Below, piece by piece: positions 11,189 to 20,270 of a stretch of 64,000 nucleotides of DNA. The position numbers were made by a program, and so were the translations under genes. Origin of the DNA: an uncultured Aliarcobacter sp. Lineage in GTDB: Bacteria; Campylobacterota; Campylobacteria; Campylobacterales; Arcobacteraceae. The notes below the pieces were generated by a model. That model saw only the letters and a list, made by a program, of their open reading frames with translations, was not told the origin of the DNA and did not search any database. The stretch is taken from the NCBI GenBank assembly GCA_963677435.1, contig OY781945.1, positions 1,248,001 to 1,312,000 of the forward strand. The letters run 5' to 3'. Each line of letters starts with the position of its first letter. Position 1 is the stretch's first letter.

Positions 11189-11206
11189 TAGTTGTATATA
11201 CAACTA
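11189..11206. promoter_or_regulatory. Perfect 18-bp palindrome, candidate repressor operator for mobA-vanA genes
   Basis: TAGTTGTAT|ATACAACTA ending 20 bp before the mobA ATG. Confidence 0.6.
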
Positions 11207-11225
11207 ATAAAAAAGGAATCTTAAA

Positions 11226-13103
11226 ATGCAATTTCATACAAATGGTTTTCATGTTGGTAATCCTAATATTTCTAAAGCAGCACTTGGGCATGAAGGAAAA
11301 CAAGGTAATTTACCTAAAGAATTAGATGTTTTAATAATAGGTAGTGGACCAGCAGGTCTTACCCTAGCAGCTCAACTTTCATTATACCCTCAAATAAATA
11401 CACGAATTATAGAGCAAAAAAATGCTCCTATGCTTCTTGGTCAAGCAGACGGTGTTTCTTGTCGTTCAATGGAAATGTTTGATGCTTTTGGATTTGCAGA
11501 AGAAGTGCTAAAAGAGGGATATTGGGTAAATGAAACAAATTTTTGGATGCCTGATGAAAAGAATCCAAATAATATAATCAGAAATGCAAGAGTTCAAGAT
11601 GTGGAAGATGGGATATCTCATATGCCACATATTATTCTTAATCAAGGGCGTATTCATGATATGTATTTGGGTGTAATGGGTAATTCTGCTTCAAGACTTG
11701 AAGTTGATTATGAGTGTAAACTAATAAGCTTGGAAATAAATCAAGAGGGCAAATACCCAATTTTAGCAACTATAGAAGAAAAAGGTAAATTAAAAACTAT
11801 TAAAGCTCGTTATCTTGTAGGTTGTGATGGTGCAAGAAGTTTAGTAAGAAAAGCAATTGGTAGAGAATTAAAAGGTGATAGAGAAGGTCAAGCTTGGGGA
11901 GTGATGGATGTTCTTCCATCAACTAATTTTCCAGACATTAGATTTAAAAATATTATAAAATCAAGTGATGCTGGAAATATCCTTTTAATCCCAAGGGAAG
12001 GTGGTCATTTAGTTCGTATCTATGTGGAGCTTGATAAATTAAATCAAAAAGGTGAAAGTAAAGGTGTTACTTTAGAAGATTTAATTCAAACTAGCAAAAA
12101 AATATTTCATCCTTACTCTTTTGATGTAAAAGAGACTGCTTGGTGGTCTGTTTATGAAGTTGGTCATAGTGTAACTGATAAATTTGATGATGTTCCAGAA
12201 GATGAGATTGAAAATAGATTTCCCCATGTATTCATAGCAGGTGATGCTTGTCATAACCACAGTGCAAAAGCTGGACAAGGAATGAATGTATCTATGGGAG
12301 ATACTTTTAATTTAGGTTGGAAGTTAATTAGTGTTCTAACTGGTAAATGTGATGAAAAATTATTGCATACATATTCACAAGAACGACAAGCTGTTGCTCA
12401 AGGTTTGATTGATTATGACCATAAATGGGCTAGAGTAATGAGTGCACCAATAGGAGGAAACTCTATAAATGTTAAAGATCATTTCATTGAAGGAGGTTAT
12501 TTTACAGCTGGATTATCTGTAAAGTATGAAGCTTCATTATTAACTGGTGAATCTACTTATCAAGATTTAGCAAAAGGTTTTGAAATTGGTAAGCGTTTTC
12601 ATTCTGCTCCTGTAGTTAGAGCTTGTGATGGAAAAACTATTCAACTTGGGCAAACTGTAAAAATTGATACAAAATACAGATTATATATTTTTGCTGATTC
12701 AAATAATCCAATGGATGAAAATTCAGCCACTTATAGATTATGTGATTTCTTAGAAAATTCACCTTATTCACCAATATTAAAACACACTTCAAAAGAAGAT
12801 GATATTGATTCAGTAATAAGTGTTTATGGAATTTTTCAACAAAGACATCACAATATTGGAATAGAAGAGTTGCCAACACTTCTAAAACCTTTTGTTGGTA
12901 AATATGCTCTTAAAGATTATGAAAAAATCTATTGTCCAGATTTTAAAAATGATAATAATATTTTTGATATGCGTGAAATTAATAAAAATACGGGATGTAT
13001 TGTGATTGTTAGACCAGATCAATATGTAGCGCATATTTTACCACTTGATGCATATGAAGAACTGGAAAAGTTCTTTGATGGTTTTTTACTAAGAAAAAAT
13101 TAA
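11226..13103 (+). CDS. mobA: 3-hydroxybenzoate 4-monooxygenase (phenol 2-monooxygenase family)
   Basis: MQFHTNGF N-terminus, GSGPAGL, GQADG, GDACHNHSAKAGQGMN, C-terminal VRPDQYVA; resembles Comamonas MobA. Confidence 0.8.
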   Translation: MQFHTNGFHVGNPNISKAALGHEGKQGNLPKELDVLIIGSGPAGLTLAAQLSLYPQINTRIIEQKNAPMLLGQADGVSCRSMEMFDAFGFAEEVLKEGYWVNETNFWMPDEKNPNNIIRNARVQDVEDGISHMPHIILNQGRIHDMYLGVMGNSASRLEVDYECKLISLEINQEGKYPILATIEEKGKLKTIKARYLVGCDGARSLVRKAIGRELKGDREGQAWGVMDVLPSTNFPDIRFKNIIKSSDAGNILLIPREGGHLVRIYVELDKLNQKGESKGVTLEDLIQTSKKIFHPYSFDVKETAWWSVYEVGHSVTDKFDDVPEDEIENRFPHVFIAGDACHNHSAKAGQGMNVSMGDTFNLGWKLISVLTGKCDEKLLHTYSQERQAVAQGLIDYDHKWARVMSAPIGGNSINVKDHFIEGGYFTAGLSVKYEASLLTGESTYQDLAKGFEIGKRFHSAPVVRACDGKTIQLGQTVKIDTKYRLYIFADSNNPMDENSATYRLCDFLENSPYSPILKHTSKEDDIDSVISVYGIFQQRHHNIGIEELPTLLKPFVGKYALKDYEKIYCPDFKNDNNIFDMREINKNTGCIVIVRPDQYVAHILPLDAYEELEKFFDGFLLRKN

Positions 13104-13117
13104 AATAGGAGATTTAA

Positions 13118-14161
13118 ATGAAAAATTTAATAAAAAAAGTAAGTTGTTTATTTATAGGTTTATTAGTTTTTAGTACATTTTTACAAGCAAAAGATGAAAA
13201 ACCAATAAAATTAATTCTTCATCATTTACATAGTCCAAATGCACCTACTCAGACAAAATTTCTTCTTCCATGGGCTGAGAATTTAAAAAAGATGTCAAAT
13301 GGAAGACTTGATGTTGAAGTATTTCCTTCAATGAGTTTAGGTGGAAAACCAAATGAACTTTATAAACAAGCAAGAGATGGAACAGTTGATATTATTTGGA
13401 CAGTTGCTGGATATACACCAGGAGTATTTCCAAGAACGGAAGTTTTTGAATTACCAACAGTGCATAAAGGCTCATCGGTTGCTACATCACTTGCAATAAA
13501 AGAAGATTTTGATTTAATAAAAGAAGATTTTAAAGATGTAAAACCACTAATGGTTTATGTTCATGCTGGAAATGCTATACATACAGTTAATAAACCAATT
13601 ACTTCTGCTGCAGATTTAAAAGGTTTAAAAATTAGAACACCATCAAGAACTGGTGGTTGGTTGATTGAAGAGTTAGGTGCTGAACCTGTAGGAATGCCTT
13701 TACCAGACCTTCCACAATCTTTATCAAAAAATGCAATTGATGGAGCTTTTGTTCCATTTGAAATTTTCCCAGCTTTTAAAATTCAACAATTAACTAAACA
13801 CTCAATAGTGGGATATGATGGAGAAAGATTTGGAACTTCTGTATTTTTACTTCTTATGAATAAAGATAAATTTAACTCTTTACCAAAAGATTTACAAGAA
13901 ATTATTAATAAAAGTGTTGATATAGATATGGTTAAAAAAGTTGGTGAACTTTGGATGGATGTTGAAAAACCAGGTATTAAAATGCAAAAAGAATCACCTG
14001 ATTCAGATGTAACAACTTTAAGTGCAGATGCTATGAAAGATTTTGATGCAGCAGGGCAGAGAGTTGTTCAAAGATGGATTAAAGAAGTAGATGCAAAAGG
14101 TATTGATGGACAAAAACTTGTTGATGAAGCAAGAAAAGCAATCAATAAAAATAGTAAATAA
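13118..14161 (+). CDS. dctP: TRAP substrate-binding protein, orphan paralog 2
   Basis: Closely similar to 6487-7527; no adjacent permease. Confidence 0.85.
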   Translation: MKNLIKKVSCLFIGLLVFSTFLQAKDEKPIKLILHHLHSPNAPTQTKFLLPWAENLKKMSNGRLDVEVFPSMSLGGKPNELYKQARDGTVDIIWTVAGYTPGVFPRTEVFELPTVHKGSSVATSLAIKEDFDLIKEDFKDVKPLMVYVHAGNAIHTVNKPITSAADLKGLKIRTPSRTGGWLIEELGAEPVGMPLPDLPQSLSKNAIDGAFVPFEIFPAFKIQQLTKHSIVGYDGERFGTSVFLLLMNKDKFNSLPKDLQEIINKSVDIDMVKKVGELWMDVEKPGIKMQKESPDSDVTTLSADAMKDFDAAGQRVVQRWIKEVDAKGIDGQKLVDEARKAINKNSK

Positions 14162-14173
14162 TAGGATTTAGAT

Positions 14174-14878
14174 ATGGAAACTAAAGAATCAATAGTTTTT
14201 CTTTCTGGATTATTATGTAATGAAACTGTTTGGGAAGATGTTTCAAAAGAGTTAGAAAATACTTATGATGTTTCAATAATCTCATTTCAAGGTTGTGATT
14301 CAATTGAAATGATGGCAAAAAAAGTATTAGATACAGCTCCTCAAGAGTTTATTTTAATAGGTCACTCAATGGGTGGAAGAGTTGCACTTGAAGTTTTTAA
14401 TCAAGCTTCAAACAGAATCACAAAAATAGGGCTTTTTAACACAGGAGTTCACAGTAAAAGTGAAACAGAAGTTCAAGGACGACAAAAACTTCTGGATTTA
14501 GCTAAAAATGAGGGTATAAAATCTGTTGTAAAACAGTGGCTTCCTCCTATGATGAGCAAAGCTAGTTTAGAAAATACTCTTTTAATGGAAAAACTTGAAA
14601 AGATGTCAACTTCATATAGTGTAGATGATTTTTTTAAACAAATTCATGCACTTATAAATAGACCAGATGCACAAAGTATTTTACCTTTGATTGATATTCC
14701 TACACTTTTGTTAAGTGCTACAGAAGATAAATGGAGTCCAATTTCTCAGCATGAACAAATGCAAGAGTATATAAAAAATAGTACATTAGCGATAATTGAA
14801 AATGCAAGTCACATGGCACCAGTTGAACAACCAATAGCTGTATCAAAAGCAATTAGAAATTGGTTAGAAAATAAATAA
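14174..14878 (+). CDS. Alpha/beta hydrolase (possible aryl-ester esterase)
   Basis: GHSMGG nucleophile elbow, Asp (EDK) and His (SHMAP) triad positions. Confidence 0.75.
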   Translation: METKESIVFLSGLLCNETVWEDVSKELENTYDVSIISFQGCDSIEMMAKKVLDTAPQEFILIGHSMGGRVALEVFNQASNRITKIGLFNTGVHSKSETEVQGRQKLLDLAKNEGIKSVVKQWLPPMMSKASLENTLLMEKLEKMSTSYSVDDFFKQIHALINRPDAQSILPLIDIPTLLLSATEDKWSPISQHEQMQEYIKNSTLAIIENASHMAPVEQPIAVSKAIRNWLENK

Positions 14879-14919
14879 TAAATACCCTTTCATAAAAAGG
14901 ACTAAAATAAGGATTTAAT

Positions 14920-15984
14920 ATGGCACAAAAAAATGGATTGTTTCCAAAAAATGCATGGTATGTAGCTCTAACTTCGGATGAATTAAAAGATAAACCTTTT
15001 GCTCGTCAGATATGTAATATTAATATGGTATTTCATCGAAAAAATGATGGAACAGTCGTAGCTCTTGAAGACTTCTGTCCACATAGAGGTGCTGCTTTAT
15101 CTTTAGGTTATTTAGAAGATGATGGAATTGTTTGTGGGTATCATGGTTTAAAAGTTGGTTGTAAAGGTCAAGTAATTGATATGCCAGAACAAAATCCTAA
15201 AAAAATACCATGTATTGGATATTTTCCAGTAGTTGAAAAATATGGATTTATTTGGATCTGGCCTGGGAAAAAAGATAAAGCTGATGAATCATTAATTCCA
15301 GTACTTGAATGGGCAAATAATCCTGAATGGGCATTTGCAGGTGGAGTATTTGATATTAAATGTGATTATAGATTTATGATTGATAATTTGATGGATTTAA
15401 CCCACGAAAAATATGTTCATGGAACAAGTATCGGTCAAGAAGAAATAGATGAAAGTCCAGTAATAACTGAAGAAGAAGATGGATATATTGTTACAAGTAG
15501 ATATATGCACAATATAATCGCACCACCTTTTTGGGCATTTTGTATGAAAAATAATAATCTAGATCCAACACAAAGAGTTGATAGATGGCAAAAATCAAAA
15601 TTTGTTCCACCAGCTGCTGTGTTTATTGATGTGGGAGTTGCCCTAGAGGGAAAAGGTGGAAAAGATGCACCAAAAGAAGACAAAGTAAGATGTACTGTTA
15701 TTGATTTTATGACACCACAAAGTGAAACAACAATGTGGTATTTTTGGGGAATGGCAAGAAACTTTAATCCAACAAACGAACAACTAACACAAGATATCCT
15801 AAAAGGGCAAGGTGGAATTTTCGAAGAAGATTTAGAAATTTTAGAATACCAACAACAAAACCTAGCAAGATTTCCAGATAAAAGTTTAATTAGCTTAGAT
15901 ATAGATGCAGGTGGAAGAAAAGCTAGACGAATTTTGAATCAAATGATTAAAATTGAGGAAGAGGGATATATAGATAATAAATAA
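14920..15984 (+). CDS. vanA: Rieske oxygenase, vanillate O-demethylase oxygenase subunit
   Basis: FPKNAWYVA, CPHRGA...CGYHG Rieske motif, DNLMDLTHEKYVH iron site, VDRWQ, WYFWGMARNF. Confidence 0.85.
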   Translation: MAQKNGLFPKNAWYVALTSDELKDKPFARQICNINMVFHRKNDGTVVALEDFCPHRGAALSLGYLEDDGIVCGYHGLKVGCKGQVIDMPEQNPKKIPCIGYFPVVEKYGFIWIWPGKKDKADESLIPVLEWANNPEWAFAGGVFDIKCDYRFMIDNLMDLTHEKYVHGTSIGQEEIDESPVITEEEDGYIVTSRYMHNIIAPPFWAFCMKNNNLDPTQRVDRWQKSKFVPPAAVFIDVGVALEGKGGKDAPKEDKVRCTVIDFMTPQSETTMWYFWGMARNFNPTNEQLTQDILKGQGGIFEEDLEILEYQQQNLARFPDKSLISLDIDAGGRKARRILNQMIKIEEEGYIDNK

Positions 15985-15988
15985 AAGT

Positions 15989-16014
15989 AAAGAGTAGTTT
16001 TTACTCTTTCTTTT
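15989..16014 (+). terminator. Terminator directly after vanA
   Basis: AAAGAGTA-gtttt-TACTCTTT then CTTTT. Confidence 0.55.
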
Positions 16015-16047
16015 ATTTTATAGATATTCTCTTATTCTTATCGTCCT

Positions 16048-16362
16048 TCTAAAATCTTGAATTTAAAAGCATTTATAATCATAGCCCCTGAATACAATGG
16101 AGTTATGCCACCAGTACTAAATAATGCAATGGCATGGACATCAAGATCTACAAAAGATTGGAGAGACGCTTTTAATGAAAAAGCAGTAGGACTAGCAACT
16201 CACAGTGGAGGTGGTGGAACAAAAGGACTTCAAGCAATGAGAATGATGTTTCAACACCTAGGTGCAAATGTAATAGCAAGAGAAATTTTAACAACATATG
16301 AAAAACCTCTAAATGAAGAGACTGCTAATAATATGATTATTCAACTGATTAAATTAAGTTAA
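16048..16362 (+). pseudogene. 5'-truncated NADPH-dependent FMN reductase
   Basis: APEYNGVMPPVLNNAMAW and THSGGGG motifs present, N-terminal FMN-binding part absent, no ribosome-binding site before the TTG. Confidence 0.7.
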
Positions 16363-16379
16363 TAAATTATGAAATATGA

Positions 16380-16410
16380 GTTAGAGTCTTGGTGACTCTA
16401 GCTTTCTTGC
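16380..16410 (+). terminator. Hairpin terminator after the FMN reductase remnant
   Basis: GTTAGAGTC-ttggt-GACTCTAGC followed by TTTCTTG. Confidence 0.5.
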
Positions 16411-16699
16411 TTTCTTTTTAAGAAAAGAAAGTAAAGAGCGAAAACCATTATGTGTTCATGAGAATTAAAAACAACAAAATGTAGTTTTATCACGATTATT
16501 GACAAATAGGTATACATTATGTTGTTTTATTGGGTAAATATAGGGGTAAACTATACATCAAAATCTCAAAAATATACTTTTAAAATATATCAATACAGAT
16601 AAATTAAAATTAATTATTAAAAGAAAAGCCCAAATAAAGGATTTTCTTTCATATAATAAATCAACATTATTTATGTTATAAATATCACAAATTCAAGGC

Positions 16700-16741
16700 T
16701 GTTTTGTATATAATGTACGTTCAATAAATAGTTAAAAATCT
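16700..16741 (+). promoter_or_regulatory. Candidate attI-like site and Pc-like promoter of the cassette array
   Basis: GTTAAAAATCT at 16731 is the exact reverse complement of AGATTTTTAAC (17614-17624) ending cassette 1; TATAAT at 16709-16714; no attC hairpin precedes this GTT. Confidence 0.6.
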
Positions 16742-16756
16742 AAAAAAAGGAAATAC

Positions 16757-17623
16757 TTGGAAATTTATAATAAAAATTTTATTGGTCCTGTTGAGATACA
16801 ACCTGACAGTTTACCAAACACACCAGCGATATACATAATTTCTAAAAAAGGATCTTTTGATCCACAATATATTGGATTCACAACATTTTTAAATAGCCGT
16901 TTAAAACAACATCCTATATTAGTTAAATTAAATCTTAATGAACTTCAACTATTTTATTATACATTTAATGAGGAACAAAAAGACGAAGCACTAGAAATAG
17001 AAAAAAAATTAGTCACTGAATTCAAACCACCTTTCAATAAATCATATATACATAAAGATAATATGCAAGCTAAGGTAGAAAGAACTCAAAAATATTCAAA
17101 CTTTTTAGCTTTAGTCTCGTCATCAATTGCTATTGCAGCATTAATATTTACTGTAATGGGTTTATTTCTAAATAACGAGCCAAGAATGAGTAATTCAGAA
17201 TTAACCGTTAAATCTACTGAATTACAAAAAGCAATAGCTATGAATAATGAAGCTACAATAAAATTAAGATTAGAAATAAATTCTATTCAATCAAAGCTTG
17301 AGGCTATTACATCCGTGCCAGAAAAAGTTGTATGGAAAGTTGAATCAGAAAAAATTAATCAAAGAATTATCCAATTAGAAGAAAAATTAAAAGCCTTGGA
17401 AACAGCATTAGCATCAAGTCCTATAAAGGCTTTGGCTGTTCCAATTTTAAGAAAAGATTTGGATAATGCTCAAGAAGTTTTTAAATCAGAAATTGTACAA
17501 ACGAGATCAGAAATTAATCGTATATATGACCAAAACAAATGGTTTATTGGATTAATGTTTACAATTGCTCTAAGCGTATTAGGTATGGCGATTAGTAACT
17601 TTATGGGTAAAAAAGATTTTTAA
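16757..17623 (+). CDS. Cassette 1: GIY-YIG nuclease-like domain fused to TM-coiled coil-TM region
   Basis: PAIYII...YIG...RLKQH...EALEIEKKL...KPPFN; two hydrophobic helices flanking a heptad-rich segment; stop codon lies in the attC inverse core. Confidence 0.7.
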   Translation: MEIYNKNFIGPVEIQPDSLPNTPAIYIISKKGSFDPQYIGFTTFLNSRLKQHPILVKLNLNELQLFYYTFNEEQKDEALEIEKKLVTEFKPPFNKSYIHKDNMQAKVERTQKYSNFLALVSSSIAIAALIFTVMGLFLNNEPRMSNSELTVKSTELQKAIAMNNEATIKLRLEINSIQSKLEAITSVPEKVVWKVESEKINQRIIQLEEKLKALETALASSPIKALAVPILRKDLDNAQEVFKSEIVQTRSEINRIYDQNKWFIGLMFTIALSVLGMAISNFMGKKDF

Positions 17624-17673
17624 CAAGACCTCGAAACGAATGGTATAGCCATCGTTTGAGTCAAACGTTATGA
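17618..17673 (+). repeat. attC site 1
   Basis: TTTTAAC ... GACCTCGAAACGAATGG-tatag-CCATCGTTTGAGTC ... GTTATGA; unpaired single bases on the left arm as expected for attC extrahelical bases. Confidence 0.88.
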
Positions 17674-17706
17674 GTAGATAACGTAATATATAAGTAGGAT
17701 ATAAGA

Positions 17707-18549
17707 GTGTTTCCAAAAAAACAACAGTGGCTTAAATGGTCTCTTCCAAGTAAAGCAAGCTATATGGGTTTACTTATTGCTGTAGTTATTCCAATAATTT
17801 CATTCGCAACATTAACAATAGATAAATCTATAGAAGATTATATATTTAATTCTTTATCGGTTAAAAAAGTCAAGTATGATTATGTTTTTAAAGATATAAA
17901 ATATGATGGACATGAAAGAGAAATAGATGAGATATTTTATCCTCAAATTTCATATCCATATTTTTATAATGACTTTTTGGATTATCTCAATAATGAAATA
18001 AAAAATAATGTATTGCGATCAATAGATGAAAACTTAGTAATGTACAGTTCTGATTATGAGACAGGAATAGTTTCGTCAAATTTATTATCTTTAAAAATGA
18101 CTCAATATACTTTTCATTATCCAGCATTAAATGGCAATCACTCTGTATGGGCTATAAATGTAGACCCAAAAAACCATATTGATTTTGATTTTTTTGATAT
18201 TTTTGATGCAAGACGTAATGCACTTGAAAAAGTAAAAAGTATTATCAAGGCTAAAAATGAATGTGAGTTCTTTGAGAATTTTGATGAAGCTAGCTTTATC
18301 CCGAGATTCTATATTAAAAATAAAAGTATCGAATTTTTATTTAGTGAATATGAAGTCACCCCTGGAATGTGTGGAAATATAATTATTGATGTAGAATATT
18401 CTGAAATATTAGATTTTTTACGACAAGATGGTCCTTTGGGAATATTTATTTCACCATCTCGTTCGTGGGATGCAGATTACCATTGGACTAAAGCTATATC
18501 TAGGACAATGGATAAACTGGGAAAATCTCATAACAAGACCTCGCAGTGA
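17707..18549 (+). CDS. Cassette 2: membrane-anchored protein with RsiV/DUF3298-like domain
   Basis: N-terminal TM; YPQIS, LLSLKM, FYIKNKSIEFLFSEYEVTPGMCG pattern; C-terminus (HNKTSQ) reads into attC2. Confidence 0.55.
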   Translation: MFPKKQQWLKWSLPSKASYMGLLIAVVIPIISFATLTIDKSIEDYIFNSLSVKKVKYDYVFKDIKYDGHEREIDEIFYPQISYPYFYNDFLDYLNNEIKNNVLRSIDENLVMYSSDYETGIVSSNLLSLKMTQYTFHYPALNGNHSVWAINVDPKNHIDFDFFDIFDARRNALEKVKSIIKAKNECEFFENFDEASFIPRFYIKNKSIEFLFSEYEVTPGMCGNIIIDVEYSEILDFLRQDGPLGIFISPSRSWDADYHWTKAISRTMDKLGKSHNKTSQ

Positions 18550-18582
18550 ACGCTAAAGCGTCACTAAAGTTAAACGTTAGCT
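18528..18582 (+). repeat. attC site 2
   Basis: TCATAAC-AAGACCTCG (shared with attC1) ... AGTGAACGCT-aa-AGCGTCACT ... AAAC-GTTAGCT. Confidence 0.88.
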
Positions 18583-18612
18583 ATATGAATTTAAATCAAG
18601 GAAAGAAGTTAG

Positions 18613-19476
18613 ATGGGTGAAAAAAAATATGAAGAGACTAGACCTTCAATAACAGCTGAACTTCGTCGTACAGTTGAAGTTGAATCAGGTCATTGTTGTG
18701 CAATTAAAGGATGTACTGAACACACATATCTTGAAATACATCATATTGATGAAAATCGAGAAAACAACACTTTAGACAATTTAATTTTACTTTGTGATAA
18801 ACATCATAAAATGGCACATGCTAAGGTCATTGATCGTAAAGCTCTACGTGAATATAAGAAACTATTGACTGATTCCCACAATACACTGATACTTGAACGT
18901 TTCGATCAACTAGAAAAGCTATTAAGAGGTGAAGACAAACCTAGTCAACCAGTGCCAAAACCAGCGGAAAGACAGCCTGTTGATGAAAATATCAAAAAAT
19001 TAACTCCTGATCGTCATGAGATTCTTCATTTTGCCTTAACTCATGTTGCAATTACTCACTATGAAAAATCTCATAATCTATATTTTGAACATCAAGTAGA
19101 ATTTGTACGCGGCTCAGACCGTTTATTACTTGATGCCGTAAGACAAGATGATGAGCTTGAATCAGACATAATAATAGATGTTCATTATTTCCGAAAATCT
19201 TACATGGATGCTCCTGCTTATGCTTCTTGGCTCGAGAAAAAAATTGAACTGTATGAATTATTAACAGGCAGAAAAGCAAGAGGGATTTTACTTGTAGTAA
19301 CTGGTAAGAAAATGGATATTCCTCTAACTGAAGAAGGAGTAAAAAATAGCAAACGGGAAATTTTTCTTGAAGTATATTCATGTGATGAAGTTGGATTCCA
19401 CCCTGGGGCTGTGAGTGCTGCTCTATTCGCATCAAATGTAAAAGAAGCTAACAAATCATTGGAGAGAAATATTTGA
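18613..19476 (+). CDS. Cassette 3: HNH endonuclease with an additional C-terminal domain
   Basis: CAIKGC...LEIHHIDENRENNTLDNLILLCDKHHKMAH; C-terminus (ANKSLERNI) reads into attC3. Confidence 0.8.
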   Translation: MGEKKYEETRPSITAELRRTVEVESGHCCAIKGCTEHTYLEIHHIDENRENNTLDNLILLCDKHHKMAHAKVIDRKALREYKKLLTDSHNTLILERFDQLEKLLRGEDKPSQPVPKPAERQPVDENIKKLTPDRHEILHFALTHVAITHYEKSHNLYFEHQVEFVRGSDRLLLDAVRQDDELESDIIIDVHYFRKSYMDAPAYASWLEKKIELYELLTGRKARGILLVVTGKKMDIPLTEEGVKNSKREIFLEVYSCDEVGFHPGAVSAALFASNVKEANKSLERNI

Positions 19477-19514
19477 CCCTGCGGCTCAAATATTTCTCAA
19501 CTCAATCGTTATGT
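19446..19514 (+). repeat. attC site 3
   Basis: AGCTAAC ... 13-bp inverted repeat GAGAAATATTTGA/TCAAATATTTCTC ... GTTATGT. Confidence 0.88.
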
Positions 19515-19528
19515 GTAAAGGAGAACAT

Positions 19529-19660
19529 GTCAAAATAACTGCTAGTGATGGTAAAAACTACAATACAAATTATTATAGTTTTGAAGTTATTCTCTCACTA
19601 TGATATAGAATTAGTTCAAACAAAGCTATAGAGTTTAGAAAGTATCAACACAAATTTTAA
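19529..19660 (+). pseudogene. RhuM-family fragment
   Basis: Reads VKITASDGKNYNTNYYSFEVILSL*YRISSNKAIEFRK; TGA where the family has Gly (VGYR). Confidence 0.65.
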
Positions 19661-19900
19661 AACAGTATGTCCATTCTTGTTTATGTACTTGATAATGAAA
19701 GATTACAAAATGACATATTTTTTTATAAACTAAATTTTAAATGCTATGATAATAAAAAGTATGGAGAAAAATAAGATGAAAAATTTAACTTATTATAGAA
19801 CTAAAATAATTCATGCGCTTGATTATCCATTTTAAAATAAGCATTTAAGAGAAGATATACCAAAACATACAATTTACTGGAAAAATTATGAGGATAAATA

Positions 19901-20189
19901 ATGAAAGAAAAAATTCCTAATCTACAAATCAGATAACCAAGATGTAAAAGTAGATGTACTTTTATATGATGAAAATATTTGGCTTACACAAAAACAAATG
20001 GCTCAATTATTCGGCAAAGCAAAATCAATAATAAATGAACATATTAAAAATATTTTTAAAGATGGAGAGCTGATAGAGTCGGATGTTATACAGAAATTCG
20101 GAAATTTCGAATTTCAGAAAAAATCACCAAACTATTATAATCTTGATACTATTATTTCTGTTGGATATAGAGTGAAATCAATACAGTGA
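19901..20189 (+). pseudogene. RhuM-family N-terminal remnant, frameshifted and truncated
   Basis: GAGGA RBS and ATG 19901, one extra A in the run near 19910, then FLIYKSDNQDVKVDVLLYDENIWLTQKQMAQLF...YYNLDTIISVGYRVKSIQ*. Confidence 0.75.
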
Positions 20190-20270
20190 ATGCGGCGTTA
20201 TCTGCTCCCTTATCTTTAAAGAAATCTTCTTCCCTACTTCAAAAATTTTATTTATATAATCGCTCTAGTA

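Larger units (their letters stand above)
16731..19514 (+). mobile_element. Integron gene-cassette array with three complete cassettes and no integrase (CALIN-like)
   Basis: Three attC sites with TAAC...GTT ends and internal hairpins; each cassette's leading core site is complementary to its own trailing inverse core site; one co-oriented ORF per cassette. Confidence 0.88.

Noticed and set aside
16363..16730. Possible intI gene or remnant upstream of the cassette array
   Set aside because: Only about 370 bp, no ORF of 60 aa or more on either strand, and no tyrosine-recombinase motif recognised.
17618..19514. attC hairpins read as rho-independent terminators or CRISPR repeats
   Set aside because: No U-tracts, gene-sized spacing, and per-cassette core-site complementarity fit attC; no CRISPR array or cas gene seen in the window.
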